Source of the DNA: the human T2T-CHM13v2.0 reference genome, Homo sapiens
DNA: 64,000 nt
Direction: 5' to 3' (one strand)
Assembly (NCBI RefSeq): GCF_009914755.1
Contig: NC_060925.1
The notes below the pieces were generated by a model. The model was given only the letters and a program-made list of their open reading frames with translations. It was not told where the DNA came from and did not search any database. Numbering within the stretch: the stretch's first letter is position 1; every line of letters starts with the position of its first letter. Positions 24,701 through 39,000 of this stretch are shown here, one piece after another. Made by a program: the position numbers and the translations under genes.

Positions 24701-27700
24701 GACTAGACAGAATGATTCTCAGAAAATCTTTTGTGATGTGTGCGTTCAACTCACAGAGTTTAACTTTTCTTCTCATAGAGCAGTTAGGAAACACTCTGTT
24801 TGTAAAGTCTGCAAGTGGATATTCAGACCTGTTTGAGGCCTTCGTTGGAAACGGGATTTCTTCATATTATGCTAGACAGAATAATTCTCAGTAACTTCCT
24901 TGTGTTGTGTGTATTCAACTCACAGAGTTGAAGGATCCTTTACAGAGAGCAGGCTTGAAACACTCTTTTTGTCGAATTTGCAAGTGGAGATTTCAGCCGC
25001 TTTGAGGTCAATGGTAGAATAGGAAATATCTTCTTATAGAAACTAGACAAAATGATTCTCATGAACTCCTTTGTGATGTGTGCGTTCAACTCACAGAGTT
25101 TAACCTTTCTTTTCATAGAGCAGTTAGGAAACACTCTGTTTGTAAAGTCTGCAAGTGGATATTCAGACCTCCTTGAGGCCTTCGTTGGAAACGGGATTTC
25201 TTCATATTCTGCTAGACAGAAGAATTCTCAGTAACTTCCTTGTGTTGTGTGTATTCAACTCACAGAGTTGAACGATCCTTTACACAGAGCAGACTTGAAA
25301 CATTCTTTTTGTGGAATTTGCAAGTGGAGATTTCAGCCGCTTTGAGGTCAATGGTAGAATAGGAAATATCTTCCTATAGAAACTAGACAGAACGATTCTC
25401 AGAAACTCCTTTGTGATGTGTGCGTTCAACTCACAGAGTTTAACCTTTCTTTTCATAGAGCAGTTAGGAAACACTCTGTTTGTAAAGTCTGCAAGTGGAT
25501 ATTCAGACATCTTTGAGGCCTTCGTTGGAAACGGGATTTCTTCATATTCTGCTAGACAGAAGAATTCTCAGTAACTTCCTTGTGTTGTGTGTATTCAACT
25601 CACAGAGTTGAAGGATCCTTTACAGAGAGCAGTCTTGAAACACTCTTTTTGTCGAATTTGCAAGTGGAGATTTCAGCCGCTTTGAGGTCAATGGTAGAAT
25701 AGGAAATATCTTCTTATAGAAACTAGACAGAATGATTCTCATAAACTCCTTTGTGATGTGTGCGTTCAACTCACAGAGTTTAACCTTTCTTTTCATAGAG
25801 CAGTTAGGAAACACTCTGTTTGTAAAGTCTGCAAGTGGATATTCAGACCTCCTTGAGGCCTTCGTTGGAAACGGGATTTCTTCATATTCTGCTAGACAGA
25901 AGAATTCTCAGTAACTTCCTTGTGTTGTGTTTATTCAACTCACAGAGTTGAATGATCCTTTACACAGAGCAGACTTGAAACACTCTTTTTGTGGAATTTG
26001 CAAGTGGAGATTTCAGCCGCTTTGAGGTCAACGGTAGAAAAGTAAATATCTTCGTATAAAGACTAGACAGAATGATTCTCAGAAACTCCTTTGTGATGTG
26101 TGCGTTCAACTCACAGAGTTTAACCTTACTGTTCATAGAGCAGTTAGGAAACACTCTGTTTGTAAAGTCTGCACGTGGAAATTTTGACCACTTAGAGGCC
26201 TTCGTTGGAAACGGGTTTTTTTCATGTAAGGCTAGACAGAAGAATTCCCAGTAACTTCCTTGTGTTGTGTGCATTCAACTCACAGAGTTGAACGTTCCCT
26301 TAGACAGAGCAGATTTGAAACACTCTATTTGTGCAATTTGCAAGTGTAGTTTTCAAGCTCTTTAAGGTCAATGGCAGAAAAGTAAATATCTTCGTATAAA
26401 GACTAGACAGAATGATTCTCAGAAACTCCTTTGTGATGTGTGCGTTCAACTCACAGAGTTTAACCTTTCTGTTCATAGAGCAGTTAGGAAACACTCTGTT
26501 TGTAAAGTCTGCAAGTGGATATTCAGACCTCTTTGAGGCCTTCGTTGGAAACGGGATTTCTTCATATTCTGCTAGACAGAAGAATTCTCAGTAACTTCCT
26601 TGTGTTGTGTGTATTCAACTCACAGAGTTGAACGATCCTTTACACAGAGCAGACTTGAAACACTCTTTTTGTGGAATTTGCAAGTGGAGATTTCAGCCGC
26701 TTTGAGGTCAATGGTAGAAAAGGAAACTATCTTCATATAAAGACTAGACAGAATGATTCTCAGAAAATCTTTTGTGATGTGTGCGTTCAACTCACAGAGT
26801 TTAACTTTTCTTCTCATAGAGCAGTTAGGAAACACTCTGTTTGTAAAGTCTGCAAGTGGATATTCAGACATCTTTGAGGCCTTCGTTGGAAACGGGATTT
26901 CTTCATATTCTGCTAGACAGAAGAATTCTCAGTAACTTCCTTGTGTTGTGTGTATTCAACTCACAGAGTTGAAGGATCCTTTACAGAGAGCAGGCTTGAA
27001 ACACTCTTTTTGTCGAATTTGCAAGTGGAGATTTCAGCCGCTTTGAGGTCAATGGTAGAATAGGAAATATCTTCTTATAGAAACTAGACAGAATGATTCT
27101 CATAAACTCCTTTGTGATGTGTGCGTTCAACTCACAGAGTTTAACCTTTCTTTTCATAGAGCAGTTAGGAAACACTCTGTTTGTAAAGTCTGCAAGTGGA
27201 TATTCAGACCTCCTTGAGGCCTTCGTTGGAAACGGGATTTCTTCATATTCTGCTAGACAGAAGAATTCTCAGTAACTTCCTTGTGTTGTGTTTATTCAAC
27301 TCACAGAGTTGAATGATCCTTTACACAGAGCAGACTTGAAACACTCTTTTTGTGGAATTTGCAAGTGGAGATTTCAGCCGCTTTGAGGTCAACGGTAGAA
27401 AAGTAAATATCTTCGTATAAAGACTAGACAGAATGATTCTCAGAAACTCCTTTGTGATGTGTGCGTTCAACTCACAGAGTTTAACCTTTCTGTTCATAGA
27501 GCAGTTAGGAAACACTCTGTTTGTAAAGTCTGCAAGTGGATATTCAGACCTCTTTGAGGCCTTCGTTGGAAACGGGATTTCTTCATATTCTGCTAGACAG
27601 AAGAATTCTCAGTAACTTCCTTGTGTTGTGTGTATTCAACTCACAGAGTTGAACGATCCTTTACGCAGAGCAGACTTGAAACACTCTTTTTGTGGAATTT

Positions 27701-28919
27701 GCAAGTGGAGATTTCAGCCGCTTTGAGGTCAATAGTAGAAAAGGAAATATCTTCGTAGAAAAACTAGACAGAATGATTCTCAGAAACTCCTTTGTGATGT
27801 GTGTGTTCAACTCACAGAGTTTAACCTTTCTTTTCATAGAGCAGTTAGTAAACCCTCTGTTTATAAAGTCTGCAAGTGGATATTCAGACCCCTTTGAGGC
27901 CTTCGTTGGAAACGGGATTTCTTCATATTATGCTAGACAGAAGAATTCTCAGTAACTTCCTTGTGTTGTGTGTATTCAACTGACAGAGTTGAACTTTCAT
28001 TTAGAGAGAGCAGATTTGAAACACTGTTTTTGTGGAATTTGCAAGTGGAGATTTCAAGCGCTTTGGGGCCAAAGGCAGAAAAGGAAATATCTTCGTATAA
28101 AAACTAGACAGAATCATTCTCAGAAACTGCTGCGTGATGTGTGCGTTCAACTCTCAGAGTTTAACTTTTCTTTTCATTCAGCGGTTTGGAAACACTCTGT
28201 TTGTAAAGTCTGCACGTGGATATTTTGACCACTTAGAGGCCTTCGTTGGAAACGGGTTTTTTTCATGTAAGGCTAGACAGAAGAATTCCCAGTAACTTCC
28301 TTGTGTTGTGTGCATTCAACTCACAGAGTTGAACGTTCCCTTAGACAGAGCAGATTTGAAACACTCTATTTGTGCAATTTGTAGTGTAGATTTCAAGCGC
28401 TTTAAGGTCAATGGCAGAAAAGGAAATTTCTTCGTTTCAAAACTAGACAGAATCATTCCCACAAACTGCGTTGTGATGTGTTCGTTCAACTCACAGAGTT
28501 TAACCTTTCTGTTCATAGAGCAGTTAGGAAACACTCTGTTTGTAAAGTCTGCAAGTGGATATTCAGACCTCCATGAGGCCTTCGTTGGAAACGGGATTTC
28601 TTCATATTCTGCTAGACAGAAGAATTCTCAGTAACTTCCTTGTGTTGTGTTTATTCAACTCACAGAGTTGAATGATCCTTTACACAGAGCAGACTTGAAA
28701 CACTCTTTTTGTGGAATTTGCAAGTGGAGATTTCAGCCGCTTTGAGGTCAACGGTAGAAAAGTAAATATCTTCGTATAAAGACTAGACAGAATGATTCTC
28801 AGAAACTCCTTTGTGATGTGTGCGTTCAACTCACAGAGTTTAACCTTTCTGTTCATAGAGCAGTTAGGAAACACTCTGTTTGTAAAGTCTGCAAGTGGAT
28901 ATTCAGACCTCTTTGAGGC
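21778..28919 (+). repeat. Super-unit X, copy 2 (7142 bp, with an F/C hybrid dimer)
   Basis: Shares X markers (AAGAGGAG/AAATGTC D, GAGCAGTC B, AAACCCTCTG D, CTCCATGAGG). It is 1 bp longer because the 339-bp F at ~26.3 kb has a C-type second half. Confidence 0.88.
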
Positions 28920-31900
28920 CTTCGTTGGAAACGGGATTTCTTCATATTCTGCTAGACAGAAGAATTCTCAGTAACTTCCTTGTGTTGTGTGTATTCAACT
29001 CACAGAGTTGAACGATCCTTTACACAGAGCAGACTTGAAACACTCTTTTTGTGGAATTTGCAAGTGGAGATTTCAGCCGCTTTGAGGTCAATGGTAGAAA
29101 AGGAAACTATCTTCATATAAAGACTAGACAGAATGATTCTCAGAAAATCTTTTGTGATGTGTGCGTTCAACTCACAGAGTTTAACTTTTCTTCTCATAGA
29201 GCAGTTAGGAAACACTCTGTTTGTAAAGTCTGCAAGTGGATATTCAGACATCTTTGAGGCCTTCGTTGGAAACGGGATTTCTTCATATTCTGCTAGACAG
29301 AAGAATTCTCAGTAACTTCCTTGTGTTGTGTGTATTCAACTCACAGAGTTGAAGGATCCTTTACAGAGAGCAGGCTTGAAACACTCTTTTTGTCGAATTT
29401 GCAAGTGGAGATTTCAGCCGCTTTGAGGTCAATGGTAGAATAGGAAATATCTTCTTATAGAAACTAGACAGAATGATTCTCATAAACTCCTTTGTGATGT
29501 GTGCGTTCAACTCACAGAGTTTAACCTTTCTTTTCATAGAGCAGTTAGGAAACACTCTGTTTGTAAAGTCTGCAAGTGGATATTCAGACCTCCTTGAGGC
29601 CTTCGTTGGAAACGGGATTTCTTCATATTCTGCTAGACAGAAGAATTCTCAGTAACTTCCTTGTGTTGTGTTTATTCAACTCACAGAGTTGAATGATCCT
29701 TTACACAGAGCAGACTTGAAACACTCTTTTTGTGGAATTTGCAAGTGGAGATTTCAGCCGCTTTGAGGTCAACGGTAGAAAAGTAAATATCTTCGTATAA
29801 AGACTAGACAGAATGATTCTCAGAAACTCCTTTGTGATGTGTGCGTTCAACTCACAGAGTTTAACCTTTCTGTTCATAGAGCAGTTAGGAAACACTCTGT
29901 TTGTAAAGTCTGCAAGTGGATATTCAGACCTCTTTGAGGCCTTCGTTGGAAACGGGATTTCTTCATATTCTGCTAGACAGAAGAATTCTCAGTAACTTCC
30001 TTGTGTTGTGTGTATTCAACTCACAGAGTTGAACGATCCTTTACACAGAGCAGACTTGAAACACTCTTTTTGTGGAATTTGCAAGAGGAGATTTCAGCCG
30101 CTTTGAGGTCAATAGTAGAAAAGGAAATGTCTTCGTAGAAAAACTAGACAGAATGATTCTCAGAAACTCCTTTGTGATGTGTGTGTTCAACTCACAGAGT
30201 TTAACCTTTCTTTTCATAGAGCAGTTAGTAAACACTCTGTTTATAAAGTCTGCAAGTGGATATTCAGACCCCTTTGAGGCCTTCGTTGGAAACGGGATTT
30301 CTTCATATTATGCTAGACAGAAGAATTCTCAGTAACTTCCTTGTGTTGTGTGTATTCAACTGACAGAGTTGAACTTTCATTTGGAGAGAGCAGATTTGAA
30401 ACACTGTTTTTGTGGAATTTGCAAGTGGAGATTTCAAGCGCTTTGGGGCCAAAGGCAGAAAAGGAAATATCTTCGTATAAAAACTAGACAGAATCATTCT
30501 CAGAAACTGCTGCGTGATGTGTGCGTTCAACTCTCAGAGTTTAACCTTTCTTTTCATTCAGCGGTTTGGAAACACTCTGTTTGTAAAGTCTGCACGTGGA
30601 TATTTTGACCACTTAGAGGCCTTCGTTGGAAACGGGTTTTTTTCATGTAAGGCTAGACAGAAGAATTCCCAGTAACTTCCTTGTGTTGTGTGCATTCAAC
30701 TCACAGAGTTGAACGTTCCCTTAGACAGAGCAGATTTGAAACACTCTATTTGTGCAATTTGCAAGTGTAGATTTCAAGCGCTTTAAGGTCAACGGCAGAA
30801 AAGGAAATATCTTCGTTTCAAAACTAGACAGAATCATTCCCACAAACTGCGTTGTGATGTGTTCGTTCAACTCACAGAGTTTAACCTTTCTGTTCATAGA
30901 GCAGTTAGGAAACACTCTGTTTGTAAAGTCTGTAAGTGGATATTCTGATATCTTGTGGCCTTCGTTGGAAACGGGATTTCTTCATATTCTGCTAGACAGA
31001 AGAATTCTCAGTAACTTCCTTGTGTTGTGTGTATTCAACTCACAGAGTTGAACGATCCTTTACACAGAGCAGACTTGAAACACTCTTTTTGTGGAATTTG
31101 CAAGTGGAGATTTCAGCCGCTTTGAGGTCAATGGTAGAAAAGGAAACTATCTTCATATAAAGACTAGACAGAATGATTCTCAGAAAATCTTTTGTGATGT
31201 GTGCGTTCAACTCACAGAGTTTAACTTTTCTTCTCATAGAGCAGTTAGGAAACACTCTGTTTGTAAAGTCTGCAAGTGGATATTCAGACCTGTTTGAGGC
31301 CTTCGTTGGAAACGGGATTTCTTCATATTATGCTAGACAGAATAATTCTCAGTAACTTCCTTGTGTTGTGTGTATTCAACTCACAGAGTTGAAGGATCCT
31401 TTACAGAGAGCAGGCTTGAAACACTCTTTTTGTCGAATTTGCAAGTGGAGATTTCAGCCGCTTTGAGGTCAATGGTAGAATAGGAAATATCTTCTTATAG
31501 AAACTAGACAAAATGATTCTCATGAACTCCTTTGTGATGTGTGCGTTCAACTCACAGAGTTTAACCTTTCTTTTCATAGAGCAGTTAGGAAACACTCTGT
31601 TTGTAAAGTCTGCAAGTGGATATTCAGACCTCCTTGAGGCCTTCGTTGGAAACGGGATTTCTTCATATTCTGCTAGACAGAAGAATTCTCAGTAACTTCC
31701 TTGTGTTGTGTGTATTCAACTCACAGAGTTGAACGATCCTTTACACAGAGCAGACTTGAAACACTCTTTTTGTGGAATTTGCAAGTGGAGATTTCAGCCG
31801 CTTTGAGGTCAATGGTAGAAAAGGAAACTATCTTCATATAAAGACTAGACAGAATGATTCTCAGAAAATCTTTTGTGATGTGTGCGTTCAACTCACAGAG

Positions 31901-34900
31901 TTTAACTTTTCTTCTCATAGAGCAGTTAGGAAACACTCTGTTTGTAAAGTCTGCAAGTGGATATTCAGACCTGTTTGAGGCCTTCGTTGGAAACGGGATT
32001 TCTTCATATTATGCTAGACAGAATAATTCTCAGTAACTTCCTTGTGTTGTGTGTATTCAACTCACAGAGTTGAAGGATCCTTTACAGAGAGCAGGCTTGA
32101 AACACTCTTTTTGTCGAATTTGCAAGTGGAGATTTCAGCCGCTTTGAGGTCAATGGTAGAATAGGAAATATCTTCTTATAGAAACTAGACAAAATGATTC
32201 TCATGAACTCCTTTGTGATGTGTGCGTTCAACTCACAGAGTTTAACCTTTCTTTTCATAGAGCAGTTAGGAAACACTCTGTTTGTAAAGTCTGCAAGTGG
32301 ATATTCAGACCTCCTTGAGGCCTTCGTTGGAAACGGGATTTCTTCATATTCTGCTAGACAGAAGAATTCTCAGTAACTTCCTTGTGTTGTGTGTATTCAA
32401 CTCACAGAGTTGAACGATCCTTTACACAGAGCAGACTTGAAACATTCTTTTTGTGGAATTTGCAAGTGGAGATTTCAGCCGCTTTGAGGTCAATGGTAGA
32501 ATAGGAAATATCTTCCTATAGAAACTAGACAGAACGATTCTCAGAAACTCCTTTGTGATGTGTGCGTTCAACTCACAGAGTTTAACCTTTCTTTTCATAG
32601 AGCAGTTAGGAAACACTCTGTTTGTAAAGTCTGCAAGTGGATATTCAGACATCTTTGAGGCCTTCGTTGGAAACGGGATTTCTTCATATTCTGCTAGACA
32701 GAAGAATTCTCAGTAACTTCCTTGTGTTGTGTGTATTCAACTCACAGAGTTGAAGGATCCTTTACAGAGAGCAGTCTTGAAACACTCTTTTTGTCGAATT
32801 TGCAAGTGGAGATTTCAGCCGCTTTGAGGTCAATGGTAGAATAGGAAATATCTTCTTATAGAAACTAGACAGAATGATTCTCATAAACTCCTTTGTGATG
32901 TGTGCGTTCAACTCACAGAGTTTAACCTTTCTTTTCATAGAGCAGTTAGGAAACACTCTGTTTGTAAAGTCTGCAAGTGGATATTCAGACCTCCTTGAGG
33001 CCTTCGTTGGAAACGGGATTTCTTCATATTCTGCTAGACAGAAGAATTCTCAGTAACTTCCTTGTGTTGTGTTTATTCAACTCACAGAGTTGAATGATCC
33101 TTTACACAGAGCAGACTTGAAACACTCTTTTTGTGGAATTTGCAAGTGGAGATTTCAGCCGCTTTGAGGTCAACGGTAGAAAAGTAAATATCTTCGTATA
33201 AAGACTAGACAGAATGATTCTCAGAAACTCCTTTGTGATGTGTGCGTTCAACTCACAGAGTTTAACCTTACTGTTCATAGAGCAGTTAGGAAACACTCTG
33301 TTTGTAAAGTCTGCACGTGGAAATTTTGACCACTTAGAGGCCTTCGTTGGAAACGGGTTTTTTTCATGTAAGGCTAGACAGAAGAATTCCCAGTAACTTC
33401 CTTGTGTTGTGTGCATTCAACTCACAGAGTTGAACGTTCCCTTAGACAGAGCAGATTTGAAACACTCTATTTGTGCAATTTGCAAGTGTAGTTTTCAAGC
33501 TCTTTAAGGTCAATGGCAGAAAAGGAAATATCTTCGTTTCAAAACTAGACAGAATCATTCCCACAAACTGCGTTGTGATGTGTTCGTTCAACTCACAGAG
33601 TTTAACCTTTCTGTTCATAGAGCAGTTAGGAAACACTCTGTTTGTAAAGTCTGTAAGTGGATATTCTGACATCTTGTGGCCTTCGTTGGAAACGGGATTT
33701 CTTCATATTCTGCTACACAGAAGAATTCTCAGTAACTTCCTTGTGTTGTGTGTATTCAACTCACAGAGTTGAACGATCCTTTACACAGAGCAGACTTGAA
33801 ACACTCTTTTTGTGGAATTTGCAAGTGGAGATTTCAGCCGCTTTGAGGTCAATGGTAGAAAAGGAAACTATCTTCATATAAAGACTAGACAGAATGATTC
33901 TCAGAAAATCTTTTGTGATGTGTGCGTTCAACTCACAGAGTTTAACTTTTCTTCTCATAGAGCAGTTAGGAAACACTCTGTTTGTAAAGTCTGCAAGTGG
34001 ATATTCAGACATCTTTGAGGCCTTCGTTGGAAACGGGATTTCTTCATATTCTGCTAGACAGAAGAATTCTCAGTAACTTCCTTGTGTTGTGTGTATTCAA
34101 CTCACAGAGTTGAAGGATCCTTTACAGAGAGCAGGCTTGAAACACTCTTTTTGTCGAATTTGCAAGTGGAGATTTCAGCCGCTTTGAGGTCAATGGTAGA
34201 ATAGGAAATATCTTCTTATAGAAACTAGACAGAATGATTCTCATAAACTCCTTTGTGATGTGTGCGTTCAACTCACAGAGTTTAACCTTTCTTTTCATAG
34301 AGCAGTTAGGAAACACTCTGTTTGTAAAGTCTGCAAGTGGATATTCAGACCTCCTTGAGGCCTTCGTTGGAAACGGGATTTCTTCATATTCTGCTAGACA
34401 GAAGAATTCTCAGTAACTTCCTTGTGTTGTGTGTATTCAACTCACAGAGTTGAATGATCCTTTACACAGAGCAGACTTGAAACACTCTTTTTGTGGAATT
34501 TGCAAGTGGAGATTTCAGCCGCTTTGAGGTCAACGGTAGAAAAGTAAATATCTTCGTATAAAGACTAGACAGAATGATTCTCAGAAACTCCTTTGTGATG
34601 TGTGCGTTCAACTCACAGAGTTTAACCTTTCTGTTCATAGAGCAGTTAGGAAACACTCTGTTTGTAAAGTCTGCAAGTGGATATTCAGACCTCTTTGAGG
34701 CCTTCGTTGGAAACGGGATTTCTTCATATTCTGCTAGACAGAAGAATTCTCAGTAACTTCCTTGTGTTGTGTGTATTCAACTCACAGAGTTGAACGATCC
34801 TTTACACAGAGCAGACTTGAAACACTCTTTTTGTGGAATTTGCAAGTGGAGATTTCAGCCGCTTTGAGGTCAATAGTAGAAAAGGAAATATCTTCGTAGA

Positions 34901-36060
34901 AAAACTAGACAGAATGATTCTCAGAAACTCCTTTGTGATGTGTGTGTTCAACTCACAGAGTTTAACCTTTCTTTTCATAGAGCAGTTAGTAAACCCTCTG
35001 TTTATAAAGTCTGCAAGTGGATATTCAGACCCCTTTGAGGCCTTCGTTGGAAACGGGATTTCTTCATATTATGCTAGACAGAAGAATTCTCAGTAACTTC
35101 CTTGTGTTGTGTGTATTCAACTGACAGAGTTGAACTTTCATTTAGAGAGAGCAGATTTGAAACACTGTTTTTGTGGAATTTGCAAGTGGAGATTTCAAGC
35201 GCTTTGGGGCCAAAGGCAGAAAAGGAAATATCTTCGTATAAAAACTAGACAGAATCATTCTCAGAAACTGCTGCGTGATGTGTGCGTTCAACTCTCAGAG
35301 TTTAACTTTTCTTTTCATTCAGCGGTTTGGAAACACTCTGTTTGTAAAGTCTGCACGTGGATATTTTGACCACTTAGAGGCCTTCGTTGGAAACGGGTTT
35401 TTTTCATGTAAGGCTAGACAGAAGAATTCCCAGTAACTTCCTTGTGTTGTGTGCATTCAACTCACAGAGTTGAACGTTCCCTTAGACAGAGCAGATTTGA
35501 AACACTCTATTTGTGCAATTTGTAGTGTAGATTTCAAGCGCTTTAAGGTCAATGGCAGAAAAGGAAATTTCTTCGTTTCAAAACTAGACAGAATCATTCC
35601 CACAAACTGCGTTGTGATGTGTTCGTTCAACTCACAGAGTTTAACCTTTCTGTTCATAGAGCAGTTAGGAAACACTCTGTTTGTAAAGTCTGCAAGTGGA
35701 TATTCAGACCTCCATGAGGCCTTCGTTGGAAACGGGATTTCTTCATATTCTGCTAGACAGAAGAATTCTCAGTAACTTCCTTGTGTTGTGTTTATTCAAC
35801 TCACAGAGTTGAATGATCCTTTACACAGAGCAGACTTGAAACACTCTTTTTGTGGAATTTGCAAGTGGAGATTTCAGCCGCTTTGAGGTCAACGGTAGAA
35901 AAGTAAATATCTTCGTATAAAGACTAGACAGAATGATTCTCAGAAACTCCTTTGTGATGTGTGCGTTCAACTCACAGAGTTTAACCTTTCTGTTCATAGA
36001 GCAGTTAGGAAACACTCTGTTTGTAAAGTCTGCAAGTGGATATTCAGACCTCTTTGAGGC
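28920..36060 (+). repeat. Super-unit X, copy 3 (7141 bp)
   Basis: The ORF series equals that of 15..7155 shifted by 28905 (e.g. 3857->32762, 6552->35457). Confidence 0.9.
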
Positions 36061-39000
36061 CTTCGTTGGAAACGGGATTTCTTCATATTCTGCTAGACAG
36101 AAGAATTCTCAGTAACTTCCTTGTGTTGTGTGTATTCAACTCACAGAGTTGAACGATCCTTTACACAGAGCAGACTTGAAACACTCTTTTTGTGGAATTT
36201 GCAAGTGGAGATTTCAGCCGCTTTGAGGTCAATGGTAGAAAAGGAAACTATCTTCATATAAAGACTAGACAGAATGATTCTCAGAAAATCTTTTGTGATG
36301 TGTGCGTTCAACTCACAGAGTTTAACTTTTCTTCTCATAGAGCAGTTAGGAAACACTCTGTTTGTAAAGTCTGCAAGTGGATATTCAGACATCTTTGAGG
36401 CCTTCGTTGGAAACGGGATTTCTTCATATTCTGCTAGACAGAAGAATTCTCAGTAACTTCCTTGTGTTGTGTGTATTCAACTCACAGAGTTGAAGGATCC
36501 TTTACAGAGAGCAGGCTTGAAACACTCTTTTTGTCGAATTTGCAAGTGGAGATTTCAGCCGCTTTGAGGTCAATGGTAGAATAGGAAATATCTTCTTATA
36601 GAAACTAGACAGAATGATTCTCATAAACTCCTTTGTGATGTGTGCGTTCAACTCACAGAGTTTAACCTTTCTTTTCATAGAGCAGTTAGGAAACACTCTG
36701 TTTGTAAAGTCTGCAAGTGGATATTCAGACCTCCTTGAGGCCTTCGTTGGAAACGGGATTTCTTCATATTCTGCTAGACAGAAGAATTCTCAGTAACTTC
36801 CTTGTGTTGTGTTTATTCAACTCACAGAGTTGAATGATCCTTTACACAGAGCAGACTTGAAACACTCTTTTTGTGGAATTTGCAAGTGGAGATTTCAGCC
36901 GCTTTGAGGTCAACGGTAGAAAAGTAAATATCTTCGTATAAAGACTAGACAGAATGATTCTCAGAAACTCCTTTGTGATGTGTGCGTTCAACTCACAGAG
37001 TTTAACCTTTCTGTTCATAGAGCAGTTAGGAAACACTCTGTTTGTAAAGTCTGCAAGTGGATATTCAGACCTCTTTGAGGCCTTCGTTGGAAACGGGATT
37101 TCTTCATATTCTGCTAGACAGAAGAATTCTCAGTAACTTCCTTGTGTTGTGTGTATTCAACTCACAGAGTTGAACGATCCTTTACACAGAGCAGACTTGA
37201 AACACTCTTTTTGTGGAATTTGCAAGAGGAGATTTCAGCCGCTTTGAGGTCAATAGTAGAAAAGGAAATGTCTTCGTAGAAAAACTAGACAGAATGATTC
37301 TCAGAAACTCCTTTGTGATGTGTGTGTTCAACTCACAGAGTTTAACCTTTCTTTTCATAGAGCAGTTAGTAAACACTCTGTTTATAAAGTCTGCAAGTGG
37401 ATATTCAGACCCCTTTGAGGCCTTCGTTGGAAACGGGATTTCTTCATATTATGCTAGACAGAAGAATTCTCAGTAACTTCCTTGTGTTGTGTGTATTCAA
37501 CTGACAGAGTTGAACTTTCATTTGGAGAGAGCAGATTTGAAACACTGTTTTTGTGGAATTTGCAAGTGGAGATTTCAAGCGCTTTGGGGCCAAAGGCAGA
37601 AAAGGAAATATCTTCGTATAAAAACTAGACAGAATCATTCTCAGAAACTGCTGCGTGATGTGTGCGTTCAACTCTCAGAGTTTAACCTTTCTTTTCATTC
37701 AGCGGTTTGGAAACACTCTGTTTGTAAAGTCTGCACGTGGATATTTTGACCACTTAGAGGCCTTCGTTGGAAACGGGTTTTTTTCATGTAAGGCTAGACA
37801 GAAGAATTCCCAGTAACTTCCTTGTGTTGTGTGCATTCAACTCACAGAGTTGAACGTTCCCTTAGACAGAGCAGATTTGAAACACTCTATTTGTGCAATT
37901 TGCAAGTGTAGATTTCAAGCGCTTTAAGGTCAACGGCAGAAAAGGAAATATCTTCGTTTCAAAACTAGACAGAATCATTCCCACAAACTGCGTTGTGATG
38001 TGTTCGTTCAACTCACAGAGTTTAACCTTTCTGTTCATAGAGCAGTTAGGAAACACTCTGTTTGTAAAGTCTGTAAGTGGATATTCTGATATCTTGTGGC
38101 CTTCGTTGGAAACGGGATTTCTTCATATTCTGCTAGACAGAAGAATTCTCAGTAACTTCCTTGTGTTGTGTGTATTCAACTCACAGAGTTGAACGATCCT
38201 TTACACAGAGCAGACTTGAAACACTCTTTTTGTGGAATTTGCAAGTGGAGATTTCAGCCGCTTTGAGGTCAATGGTAGAAAAGGAAACTATCTTCATATA
38301 AAGACTAGACAGAATGATTCTCAGAAAATCTTTTGTGATGTGTGCGTTCAACTCACAGAGTTTAACTTTTCTTCTCATAGAGCAGTTAGGAAACACTCTG
38401 TTTGTAAAGTCTGCAAGTGGATATTCAGACCTGTTTGAGGCCTTCGTTGGAAACGGGATTTCTTCATATTATGCTAGACAGAATAATTCTCAGTAACTTC
38501 CTTGTGTTGTGTGTATTCAACTCACAGAGTTGAAGGATCCTTTACAGAGAGCAGGCTTGAAACACTCTTTTTGTCGAATTTGCAAGTGGAGATTTCAGCC
38601 GCTTTGAGGTCAATGGTAGAATAGGAAATATCTTCTTATAGAAACTAGACAAAATGATTCTCATGAACTCCTTTGTGATGTGTGCGTTCAACTCACAGAG
38701 TTTAACCTTTCTTTTCATAGAGCAGTTAGGAAACACTCTGTTTGTAAAGTCTGCAAGTGGATATTCAGACCTCCTTGAGGCCTTCGTTGGAAACGGGATT
38801 TCTTCATATTCTGCTAGACAGAAGAATTCTCAGTAACTTCCTTGTGTTGTGTGTATTCAACTCACAGAGTTGAACGATCCTTTACACAGAGCAGACTTGA
38901 AACACTCTTTTTGTGGAATTTGCAAGTGGAGATTTCAGCCGCTTTGAGGTCAATGGTAGAAAAGGAAACTATCTTCATATAAAGACTAGACAGAATGATT

